Part shown: one piece after another, positions 53,924 through 64,000 of the stretch
Numbering within the stretch: the first letter of the stretch is position 1
Layout: every line of letters begins with the position of its first letter
Assembly: GCF_000143415.4 (NCBI RefSeq)
Contig: NW_003314264.1
Coordinates: forward strand, 724,774 to 788,773
DNA: 64,000 nucleotides
Reading direction: 5' to 3'
DNA from: Selaginella moellendorffii
Taxonomy: Eukaryota; Plantae; Lycopodiophyta
Made by a program: the position numbers and the translations under genes
The notes under the pieces: generated by a model
What the model was told of the DNA's origin: nothing
Databases searched by the model: none
Seen by the model: only the letters and a program-made list of their open reading frames with translations

Positions 53924-54659
53924 TCAAAGCCCGGTGTGAGTACCGGTGTGGGTGCCGGGGACGTGAGCTCCCGTGCCAGTATGGCCGGTGCCGGTGTGGG
54001 TGCCCGTGCCAGTATGGCCGGTGGCGGCCGACAGGGGGTTGTGTGTGCCGGTGTGAGTCCCCGTGCCAGTATGACCGGTGGCGCCCGACAGGGGGTTGTG
54101 TGTGCCGGTGTGTGTGCCAGTATGAGTCCCCGTGCCAGTATGACCGGTGCCGGTCGACAGAGGATTGTGTGTGCCGGTGGTGTGGCCGAGCCCCGTATCG
54201 TGGTGCCCAATCCCGTGCTTCTTCTCCTCCGCCTTGGCGATGTTCTCCGCCTGCTTCTCGTGGAGGTGTCCCGCCGCCTCCGCCTCCTTCATGTGCTTCC
54301 TCTCCTTGGCCTCGTGCTTCTCGGCCTTGTTGTGCGCGGTCACCTTTTCAGCCTGAACGAAGACCACACCAATGAATTGATCAGCACAAAGCTCAATCGA
54401 TCGATATGAGAGACAACGACACGACAATCGCTCGGACCATCTAATAACAAATATAAAAGATACTACTCAATTCGGTTCATTAGAGACACCAACGTGAAGC
54501 ATTTTGAGATCGAGCAAACATCCCGGATTGAAAAAAGGGGGAAGATCTCACCTTCTCGGTGCCCGAGGCCTTAGCCGAATCCATCTTCTCCCCGGCCTTG
54601 GCCATCGCGTTGCCGGTCTTCTCCTGCACTGCGGCGGTGGCATTCCTAACACCCTGCAT
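53924..54659 (-). CDS. Late embryogenesis abundant protein, LEA_1 (group 4) family, with a Gly/Thr/His-repeat tail; exons 54659-54552 and 54352-53924 (178 aa)
   Basis: MQGVRNATAAVQEKTGNAMAKAGEKMDSAKASGTEK|AEKVTAHNKAEKHEAKERK..., a canonical GT-AG phase-0 intron and GHTGTGTH repeats. Confidence 0.88.
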
Positions 54660-54738
54660 CTTCGAACACCTTTCGAATCAAACGATCTCGACTAGAAATC
54701 TCTTCGCTGATCTGATCACAACCAAAAGAACTAGAATG

Positions 54739-54958
54739 CGTCACGTTCTCTATCCATAGCGCTTATATACACATCGCCCAGGCTAGAACCACGCGCCACG
54801 TATCGACCATCCTAGTGACGACACGTGCATTTCTTATGTGACGTGTCTCTCATGCACTGGCCTGCGCTGGCGAGCGGCCATTGACGGAAAAGGCATCTTC
54901 TTAGAATGTATTACATATTGGCGAGGGAATAATCTTCTCTCACTAGGTAGTACGTGGC
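54739..54958 (-). promoter_or_regulatory. LEA promoter: TATA box and ABRE/G-box cluster
   Basis: TATATAAG (minus) at about 54762-54769. ACGT-core ABREs GCCACGTA (54795), GACACGTGC (54820), ACGTGTC (54841) and TACGTGGC (54951). Confidence 0.75.
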
Positions 54959-55133
54959 TTATTTTGAGTGGGATCTCTTTTCTGAGGTGTCCTTGAGCGA
55001 AGGTTGAGCTGATAATTCACTGGAAATTTGCGAGCTATCTGGCGATGGTGATTCTAAAGAGCTAAGATCATCGCTCGAGCTAGCTTGAGCCTGTAGAAGT
55101 AGAAAAGCAAAAACACAAAGACACATATATCGC

Positions 55134-56832
55134 TTAAGATCTCGAGAAACTAAACTTTTCAGAGCGATCGAAACTTACGTGTGAGAGATTGCTGCTCCAA
55201 ATCATCCCACCGCTGCTGCTGCTGCTGCTGTTGTTCTCGAGAGCTGGCTGACAATACAAGTTCGTCAATCCAGACGATGAAAAGTTCCTGCCAAGATCCA
55301 CACTCGTTGGAAGAAAGCTCGAGCTATAAACTCCAAGTATATCGGCAAGACCACCTTGAAAAACACCGGTGCTAGGCGACTCGGGCTTCAGCGGACACGG
55401 CAAAACCACACCCATGAGAGGTCCGCTGGCCAGAGAAACACCCGAGGCCGGGGAAACCAGAGGAAGCGAGAAACCCAGAGGAGGAAGGAGCGGAGGTGGC
55501 GGCCCGACTGACACGAAAGAAGCGGCTGCCGAGGACGAAACCAGCGATGGAAGGTGAGAAGTGAAAGTCGAGTACTGCAAAGCCGAGGCGGCTCCAAGCG
55601 GACATGGGCAGTAGTAAGGAGCCACGACTGCCGAGAGAGGAACGCTAGGAACACTTACGGAGCCACTTACTAGGAGCGGGAATGGAACGAAGGTCTGTGG
55701 GAGTGATCCAAGGATTCTCTGCGCGAAAGCCTTCTTGTCGAGCTCTCCCGAGCTTCTCAGCAGCCGCTGGCTCTGGTTGAGTGAGAAGAGCGTCGCGGCG
55801 ATGGAGCTGGAGCCAGGAACAGTGGTGGAAGTCGACGAGGCGAGGCCAAAGGACATGCCTATTGCTGCTGCCGCAAGCGCTTGCGAGCACACTGCGCTTG
55901 GAGCATCGTCTCCTTCACTCGAACAAACAAATGGATTGCTCAAACTTGGAAGTGGCAAAGAACCTGGCAGCAGAGCTTCTGGGCCGGAAGGAAACGAGGA
56001 CGAAGAAGACGGTGGCAAAGTTTGCAAGCCGCTGGCGATCGACTTGAGACGCGACTCGTGGATGCCTGTCTGCTGACACAAGGTTGGCCTTTGTTGCAAG
56101 ATATCTTTCATCTGTAGCACAACAAAGGCACGAACGTTTTTCTTTAGCTCTTCTCTAGAACAGACAAAAAGGGATGAAGAAAAATGTGACTGACCTTGAG
56201 GACTAACTCATCTCCACGAGCTTTGGACTTTTCCGATTGCCAGAAGAACACCGATCTGTTTGAGGCGAGTTTGAGGACGAAGGATCTGCCGGAAGAGTCC
56301 GTAGCGATTTCTTGCAGCTCAACTGGAAAAGAGCCTTGGATTGGTGACGAAGAAACTAGAGCCAGTCTTTCGATCGTCCCATCATCGCCCAGGAATGAGA
56401 GACGTAAGTCGGAGCTGGGCAGCATCGTCAGATCGAGGTGACCCCTGCGGCAAAAGAAAAGAGAAGAGTAAACCACCCAGCCTTTGGAAATCACAAAGAT
56501 CTTACGCTATACCTTGAATTTGTTGGACGGAGAAAGTAGCCATGGCTGACAATTCTTCCAACGCGAATCGAGACGAGAGGGGCACATAGACACCGAGCAA
56601 GCGTGGCGACTTCCTCCGAAGAGAATTTCTCGCTGTTTGACGACGAAGCAGCAGCATCCAATGACGAGCTAGACAAGGAGATTGCCACAAACCCTGAATC
56701 CGCCGCTGGGCGTGGTGAAGCATCGGATCCGGAGCAAGCACTATCCGACGATGGATTGGAGCCGTCTGGTCTCTCAACATCCGCCGCATTCGCCTTACCG
56801 CATTCCCAGCCGCTGTTCTTATCAGCGTCCAT
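55134..56832 (-). CDS. Conserved plant protein similar to Arabidopsis At2g39950 (N-terminal Pru/PH-like domain, Ser/Pro-rich C-terminus); exons 56832-56513, 56444-56195, 56111-55134
   Basis: LCAPLVSIRVGRI...RGHLDLTMLPSSDLRLSFLGDDG...DSSGRSF...FFWQSEKSK...MKDILQQRPTL and APYYCPCP motifs; in-frame GT-AG introns. Family recognised from memory. Confidence 0.75.
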
Positions 56833-57026
56833 CGCCACCAGCCCTAACCTAGGGAAATATTCGGCGAATACTTTAAATCGATTCTTTATGCAAGGGTTTG
56901 TAAATGAATAAAATCTTCTCTGACTCAATTTATTTTAATTTTAACAAACATGATGTTTTACTATTCAGATTTTTCACTCTGACACCAATATATTTACTAA
57001 TTTGTAATAATAATCCGAAATATATT

Positions 57027-57465
57027 TCATAAGCATGCAGTCAGTGTTCCATCCATATTGCCAATAAATTCATTGAGATCAATCTTCTTGATATCACCCC
57101 CACACTGTGTTACTAATATGTGCTTGTCCTCTAAGGTTACACCACTGCAGGATCCCAGGAAATTACCAAACTCTTTTCGGTGCAAGTTGTGGTCTGCAGC
57201 AAACTGCACCAAATCATTCAGGTCCAAGTCTGTGCCATGGGTAGATTTGTCCTTCTTGATGCAATTTCCATTCAGCCAGGAACCATCCTTGATCACAACA
57301 TCGTCGCAAGTCTCTGAGTAGTCCTTGACGTCCTCGTTGCACTATCAACAGAGAATTAAGAAATTTTCCCACTGCCAACATGAAATTTACATGGGGCCTT
57401 TCAACTAGTATGGCACTTGCAGTGACGATCAAAGCAAATAGTATTAGAGGAGAAGCATAGCCCAT
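57027..57465 (-). CDS. Secreted cyanovirin-N homolog (CVNH lectin); exons 57465-57391 and 57341-57027 (129 aa)
   Basis: Signal peptide MGYASPLILFALIVTASA and a 49-nt GT-AG intron. Two CVNH half-repeats: YSETC..LNGNC..DLDLND and FLGSC..LVTQC..IDLNEFIGNMDGTL. Confidence 0.85.
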
Positions 57466-57757
57466 GCCTTGGTTGCTAAAACTATATGAGAAGCTCCGCA
57501 ATAGTTTATTTTGGTTGAATTTAACAATGACATAGGAATACAGAAATATACATAGCCTATGTACAGGAGCGGCAAGAATCGCAATATTATTTCGAACCAC
57601 GTGGAGTAATATCCATTTATCTATATAGAACTTTACAATAATTAAACCAAGCAGAATCAAATATAATTCTTTTCGCATATCTCTTTTAGCCCCTGCATTT
57701 TAGGGTTTCTCTTTTAACTTAGGGGACTTAGAGGAGGAGGAGGAGAGATCTCTGGCG

Positions 57758-60369
57758 ATGGATGGAAGCGGCAACTCGCTCGCCTCGGGGCCGGAGGGGC
57801 GGAGCAAGCGCGTCGCCTACTTCTACGACCCCGAGGTAGGGAACTACTACTACGGCCAGGGCCACCCAATGAAGCCGCATAGGATCCGGATGACCCATTC
57901 CCTCCTCGTCCACTATGGCATTCACAACAAGCTCGAGGTTCTCAAGCCCCTCCCCGCCAAGGACCGGGACCTCTGCCGCTTCCACGCCGACGACTACGTC
58001 GCCTTCCTCCGGGTCATCACTCCCGAGACGCAGCACGAGCACTTGCGCGCGCTCAAACGATTCAATGTGGGCGAGGACTGCCCGGTTTTCGATGGCTTGT
58101 ACTCGTTTTGCCAGACTTATGCCGGTGGATCCGTCGGTGGCGCTGTCAAGCTCAACCATGGTCACTCGGACATTGCGGTGAATTGGTCTGGTGGATTGCA
58201 TCACGCGAAGAAGTGCGAGGCCTCGGGGTTTTGCTACGTCAACGACATTGTTCTTGCCATCCTGGAGCTTCTCAAGTACCATGCTGTAAGTTTTTCGTGG
58301 TTTTCTCTGTCGAGAGAGAGTTTTATAGCTACAAAATTCTTTCCTATGCTTGTTTGTGTTTTTCTTTGTTCTCTTTCGGCAGTAGTTCTCTCGCTGTTGC
58401 AAAATACCTTGTTTTTTCCTTACTCCTAAAGCTGCTACAAGCTTCTCTTGAGTTCTCATCCTTCAATGCTGCTACAAAGTTTCTCTCGTACTTGCGCTTG
58501 TTTTCACTTTGTTGCATAGCCACAAAGTTCTCATGGCTCTTTCTTGTTTCTCTTTCCAGCGAGTTTTGTACATTGACATTGATATACACCACGGAGATGG
58601 TGTCGAGGAGGCCTTTTACACCACAGACCGTGTCATGACCGTCTCCTTCCACAAGTTCGGGGACTACTTCCCCGGAACCGGGGACGTGAGGGACATGGGA
58701 CACGCCAAAGGGAAATACTATTCTCTCAACGTCCCGCTCAACGATGGCATCGACGATGAGAGCTACCATTCTTTGTTCAAGCCGATCATCACCAAAGTGA
58801 TGGAGGTTTTCCAGCCGGGGGCTGTCGTGTTGCAGTGTGGAGCCGACTCGCTGTCCGGGGACCGGCTTGGATGCTTCAACCTGTCGATCAAAGGCCACGC
58901 TCAGTGTGTTAAGTTCATGCGGTCTTTTAACGTTCCGTTGCTGTTGCTCGGAGGCGGAGGCTACACAATCCGCAACGTTGCTCGGTGCTGGTGTTACGAG
59001 GTTTGTACGACTTGAGAAACAAGCTCTCTTTTACTTTGGTTTCTTGATTAGAACAACACCTTGCCTTGCAGACTGCTGTTGCTGTAGGCGTGGAGCTAGA
59101 GGATAAAATGCCATACAACGAGTATTACGAGTACTTTGGCCCGGATTACACGCTCCACGTTACTCCGAGCAACATGGAGAATCAAAACTCGGCTCAGTAC
59201 CTGGAGTCCATAAGGTCTGATTTCATTTTTTACTTCTCTGTCCTTGAGTACGATGTCTTTGTATTCACTGAGTGCACAGGAATCGACTCCTGGAGAACTT
59301 ATCGAATTTACAGCATGTACCAAGCGTACCATTCCAGGAGAGACCACCTGATACTGATCTTCCAGAAGAGGTCTCCCTCTCTGTGGCTTCTACATGGTGA
59401 AAAGCTGAGAAGTTGTTTATAACTGTAGGAGGAGGAAGACCTCGATACGCGTGAGAAAGGTCGGGCTTACTCAGACTCGGAGTCTGAGGAAGACGAGCCT
59501 CGCAGGAGTCGTCACCAAAGTCCTAACGACGCTGCCATATCCAGGTTTGCAAACAAACAAAGCCGAGCATCGTCATACTTTCGTGCTCTCTTTCTTTATC
59601 TTTCTTTATCTTGCGTTGAGCTAATATCAAGTGTCCGGCTGCGTCTTTTACAGGCGACAATCACCCTCGGCAAGAGATGACCGCATCAAAAAGGAAAAAG
59701 AAGAACTTATGGTACGAGGACAATGAATTTTCTTATTTCCTTGCTTCTGACGGGACTATTATATCTGTGTGAAGGACGAAGGAAGTGATATCGACGGGGA
59801 TCTACCCAAGGCTCAGCAAGAACCTCAAGATGACCAGGTTTATATACCTCTCTCTAGATTCTATGGCTGAAAAACCACCGAAAACAACAACAAAAACCAT
59901 TTTTTGGCAGCCGACTGCGATGGAAACCGATGCCAAAGCCGAGGAGAAGTGCTCGTCCTTGCTCCCGGATGCACCCTCGGCCCCCCTGGCCTCGTCCGCG
60001 GACACAGCGCACGAACCAAACGAGCAGAGCACGAGCAACACAAATTGGCAACTTGTGACGACCTCCACTGCTGCTACGGCCGCAGCGATGAATGCTCGAA
60101 GTCCATTAGCTCCTCCCGCTCTTAATCAAGCTCCCCCGAGCTCGACAGCCATCGCCACTGCTGCTTGGACGCCTCCAACTTCTGCCACAGTCGTAGCTCG
60201 GCTGCCTCGATTCTCCGCGAGCTCTGGAGCTCCAGTTGCTGCCACTGTCACTGCCACCGCCACGGTTACCGCTGTTACGAGCTCCACAGTGGCGAATTCT
60301 CCAGCTCCAGCGCCAGTTCCAGCGGCTCTAGCTCGTGTGACCGAAGCTCCCACACCAATGACTCCTTAA
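57758..60369 (+). CDS. HDA19: Class I (RPD3/HDA1) histone deacetylase, HDA19/HDA6-like; exons 57758-58285, 58560-59000, 59072-59214, 59280-59370, then several less certain 3' exons
   Basis: [71 protein letters not shown]. Confidence 0.93.
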
Positions 60370-60813
60370 AGGTAAGCTCTCGAAAAAACTCTTCTTTGCT
60401 CTAACACAAGTTTTCTCTTTTTAGAAAGCCATCGAGCTAACAGTACTTATAGGATTTGGATCATCCACAAGAGGAGAATTTACGAGCCAAGCAAGCTCTT
60501 GTTCTCTAAAGCTTTGTAAGCTAAATTTTTTCTCTCTATTATGCTCGAATCTTTCTAAGTGGACACTGCGCGAAAGAGAGAAGTGTCTCGTCCACGAGGT
60601 AGGTAGCTTGTCAATTCGATCATCCATTTGGGATGATATGAATTTGGGCCATGCGGCGGTACGGCGTTGGCCATGGTCCACACTCAAGAAAAAAATATTA
60701 TAAGATTCATATATTCTGATGCGCGTACGGCCTTTTTCGATCCCCCACTGTCACGCCGAGATTATGGCCGCCGGGAACTTGCCGGCATATTCAAAACGGC
60801 CGGTGGGCTTTCT

Positions 60814-61099
60814 TTTCCCGCCGCAAAGCGCATATTCCTTTCACTCCACGTTGGCCATTACACCGCGCAGTAAGAACATGCCACGTAGAATTTACAGCTG
60901 GCCTCCACTCTCCCTCTAATTTTCTTTGTTGTTAAGAATCTCCCATTGCATTAACGAAGCGCGCGTGTGCGTCGAGTGTTTAAAGTTTTTAACGCTTTGC
61001 TACTATAGGCGCCCAAAACATTTTACCGGATCAAGTACTAGAAGGAGCCTTTAGTACTTTAATCCAGGTAAAAGTAGCAAACTGGAAAATGGCGGGAAA
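60814..61099. promoter_or_regulatory. Two E2F-like sites upstream of the SAP30-like gene
   Basis: TTTCCCGCC at 60814-60822 and GGCGGGAAA at 61091-61099. Confidence 0.4.
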
Positions 61100-61565
61100 C
61101 CACGAGGTAAGAAAAATTCCTCCCACCCCCCCAACGGGGCTCCCGGACCCCAAATGGCCGATTAAATCCGCCGCAATGCCATCTCAACCACCCGCCTAGT
61201 TTTAACCTTCCCACGAATTTTACTCGAACTGGTCCACGCCGAATTTCCCTTGTAAGCCGGCTGCATGGCACGCAACCAGCAAGCCTTAACTGTGCATTTC
61301 TCACCGCGGGGTAGCGTCTGCCGAAAAGTAACGTATAGACCGGCTGGTCCGCCCGGCCTTAAGCTTCTTAAAGCGAAACACAATGCGCGGGCGCCTGGCC
61401 TAGAAGTTCTTTTCGTTTGGCAAGCAAAAGCACGAGAGCGTATGTATCTCTATAGGCCGGTTGCATGGCCGCGTTTTGCCCGGGCTATACCTTCTAATAT
61501 TCGGTGAATATTCACGAGGGCTTGGGTGGAAGCTTTAGCGTGGGTGTAGAAACCCACGCCTACGG

Positions 61566-61590
61566 TGTGTGTGTGTGTGTGTGTGTGTGT
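61566..61590. repeat. (GT)n microsatellite
   Basis: Direct. Confidence 0.95.
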
Positions 61591-61998
61591 TGTGTTTTCT
61601 TTCTTTCTTTGTGGTACCTATATGCGCGCTGTGCTTTCTGCGTGTTTGGAGCTATGGCGCCGTGACGAGGAGGTTAAAGCGATCGATCGATCCAGGCTAA
61701 CGCAGCGATCCATTGATCGGCGCATTGGACCGCGGATTGGAATTCGTCGGTAAGCTGTGGATTCCCGTCTTTCTCGGAATTTGCGCTCTCTCCAGCTCAA
61801 GATCTGCGGGGAAAGCCCCAAATCTCCGTAATCTTCCCTGCATTGCGCTCGATCTCTCCTCTCCTCACGATCTTGGCCTCCAATTCCGATCCCCGCCGCC
61901 AAGCCGCCAATCCCGCAATGCGCGGATTGAGAAATCTTTGCAAGAAGCTGCGCTAATCGATGGGAATTCACTCCTTGGCTGTGTGCTCGCAGGCGCTA

Positions 61999-62994
61999 AT
62001 GCTGGAGGCGGACAGCGGCCCACCGGGCTTGTTTCCTCCCGGCTGCTTTGCTCCTCACAGCGGGGACGAGAGCGGGGAGGAGGAGGAGCTCTCGGTTCTT
62101 CCCCGGCACACCAAGGTCATTGTGACTGGAAACAACCGCACGAAATCCGTGCTCGTCGGGCTACACGGCATCGTGAAGAAGGCCGTGGGACTTGGCGGCT
62201 GGCATTGGCTGGTAAGCAAAACAAATCAATGCTTTCCTTGCTTTGCATTCCTCTCCGGTTTGATTGATCACGGCGGCTTTTCAAATTCCATCTTGCTTCT
62301 TCTTCTTGGAAACAGAGCTCGCGATCGCGCGCGATGGATTCCGAGCTCCAGCAAGCATTTTTTCTTCTTCTTGTTGCTATTGTTTTGTTTTATTGATCTC
62401 GATGCCCCATGGCGGAATCTAATCGAATTGCTCTTGGCAGGTCCTCACGAACGGGGCCGAAGTAAAACTCCAGCGCAATGCGCTGAGCGTGATCGAAGCG
62501 CCCACTGGACAGGAAGAAGACGACGATATCGACAACCCATTCTCGAATGAAACAACACCCGGTATGGCTTCCCTGAAATCAAACTCGCGCTTTTCTCTCT
62601 TGATGGCTGACTTCCCGCGCTGCCCAGATGATTTCCCAAGAACATTCAAGCCCAGAGTCCGGCCCCAAAAGCCCGCGGCGCACGAGATCACGCGCATGGC
62701 CGATGAATCCAAGCGCAGCTCGGAGAGACGGTGCGAATTCGGCCTCAAGACGTCCCAGTCGCAATGTGTGCCGGTAAGCAAGCATGGAATTCTTTACATA
62801 TAGCAGCTCAGTTTCCTCTAGCAGGTTTTTCTTTCTGAAACCAAAACGTTTCTTCCTCCTTTCTTAGGTTGTGGACCTTGGTAAACTCGATACGGCAGCG
62901 CTAAGGAGATATCGGCGACACTTCAAGCTCGTAAGCCCATCTATCTACTTTTGACTTCATGGGAGAGAAACGAAAGAAAGAGAGATGCATGTTT

Positions 62995-63037
<43 letters not shown>

Positions 63038-63305
63038 TGTCTAAAACACCCGTCTTCTCAGTTTGATGTAGGCCCGAATTCCTCGAAAGAACAGCTACTG
63101 CAAGCAGTGTCAAGGCACTTCGTGGGACAAGTAAGTCGCTCCTCGTCCCGTGACCCCATTTCATTTCATTCCCCTCGTAAAGACGATAGCTTTGCGTTTA
63201 AACAAGCAAACTTATCCCCCTTGTGTGGTGGTGGCGTGGCAGCAACTGGACGAGCTGCAGGTGATCACAGGATTTGTGCAAGCTGCAAAACGGCCGCGAA
63301 TGTGA
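61999..63305 (+). CDS. SAP30-like Sin3-HDAC complex subunit (Arabidopsis AFR1/AFR2-like); about 6 coding exons
   Basis: LSVLPRHTKVIVTGNNRTKSVLVGLHGIVKKAVGLGGWHWL|VLTNGAEVKLQRNALSVIE; C-terminal VDLGKLDTAALRRYRRHFKL...SKEQLLQAVSRHF...LDELQVITGFVQAAKR. Confidence 0.9.
62998..63032. repeat. (GA)n microsatellite in intron
   Basis: Direct. Confidence 0.95.
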
Positions 63306-64000
63306 GCTGCGCTGTGCTGCCGCTGCTCCCTGCTGCTAGGCTGCTACCTTCGACGAGAGACGAAGATTTGCGCGACCAAACTTTTGCCAGGCATAAAAAC
63401 TTGTAAGATATCTACAACCCTCCCCCGTCCTCTTTTTTCCTCGTTTTTTTTTTCTCCTCCGTCCTCCTTTCCTTGTTCTGGTCGTCACTGTCCCATTCCT
63501 AGTAATTCTCGTATGGGAGAAACGCTGCTGCCGCTGGCTCTTCTGTCCCCTTGCTTCTCGCTCGCTCGCCTGATCGCCTTCCCCCCTATAACTTATGCTC
63601 TTGTTCGCCACGGGGGGTGCTTAACTTCTAACCAAATGTGTCTAAACTGTACAGAGGTGCCAGAAAAGAATGAGAAAAAAAGAAATTTCTAAACACCACG
63701 TCTTTGATCGATCGATAGCGATGAATGATCTTAGAACCTCGCCGTGAATCATGAAAGAGGAAAATTCTTTGGTGTGGATGGATCGTGGAAGGATGACTTT
63801 GACTCACACTAGCACTAACGAAAGTGGGCGAGGAAAGTGGGGGCGGTAGTGGAAAAAACGTATTTGACTTTTTGAAAACGCGACACCCAAAAGGACGCGC
63901 GCTCTCTGTTAAGTCTCTTTGATTTTATTCTCGTCCGAGATCTCTGCGCGGCGAGATTTTCTTGCTTGCTCGATTGACAAAACTTTGTAGGGAGCAAAAA

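Noticed and set aside
53924-54352. Dehydrin call for the Gly/Thr/His-rich protein
   Set aside because: No K-segment (EKKGIMDKIKEKLPG); the N-terminus fits the LEA_1 family.

Overview
Eukaryotic land-plant nuclear DNA. The very short introns (about 45-60 nt) and a cyanovirin-N homolog suggest a lycophyte such as Selaginella (inference). Positions 1 to about 51.2 kb are a deeply nested transposon block. It holds Ty3/Gypsy elements (one complete chromovirus-type element with TSD GTTCC), a non-coding LARD-like LTR element, a solo LTR, 5S-rRNA-bearing Cassandra-type TRIMs, and two inverted copies (10735-24749 and 35213-46056) of a large cut-and-paste DNA transposon with 24-bp TIRs and 4-bp TSDs. 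That element encodes a Sola-like DDD transposase. Divergently, it also encodes a spliced cargo gene whose product appears to combine a ParB/Srx-like domain, a degenerate N6A/N4C-type DNA methyltransferase fold, a micro-exon linker and an FCP1/NIF-like HAD phosphatase domain. The element is studded with a 22-bp palindrome (ATGGCRTGWGGCCWCAYGCCAT) that sits one per intron in a run of phase-1 micro-introns; this is the most novel system in the window. Positions about 53-63.3 kb are compact genic DNA: an ATPase pseudogene, a LEA_1 gene, an At2g39950-like gene, a CVNH lectin, an RPD3/HDA19-like deacetylase and an adjacent SAP30-like (AFR) gene. All domain calls are by eye, without database searches.
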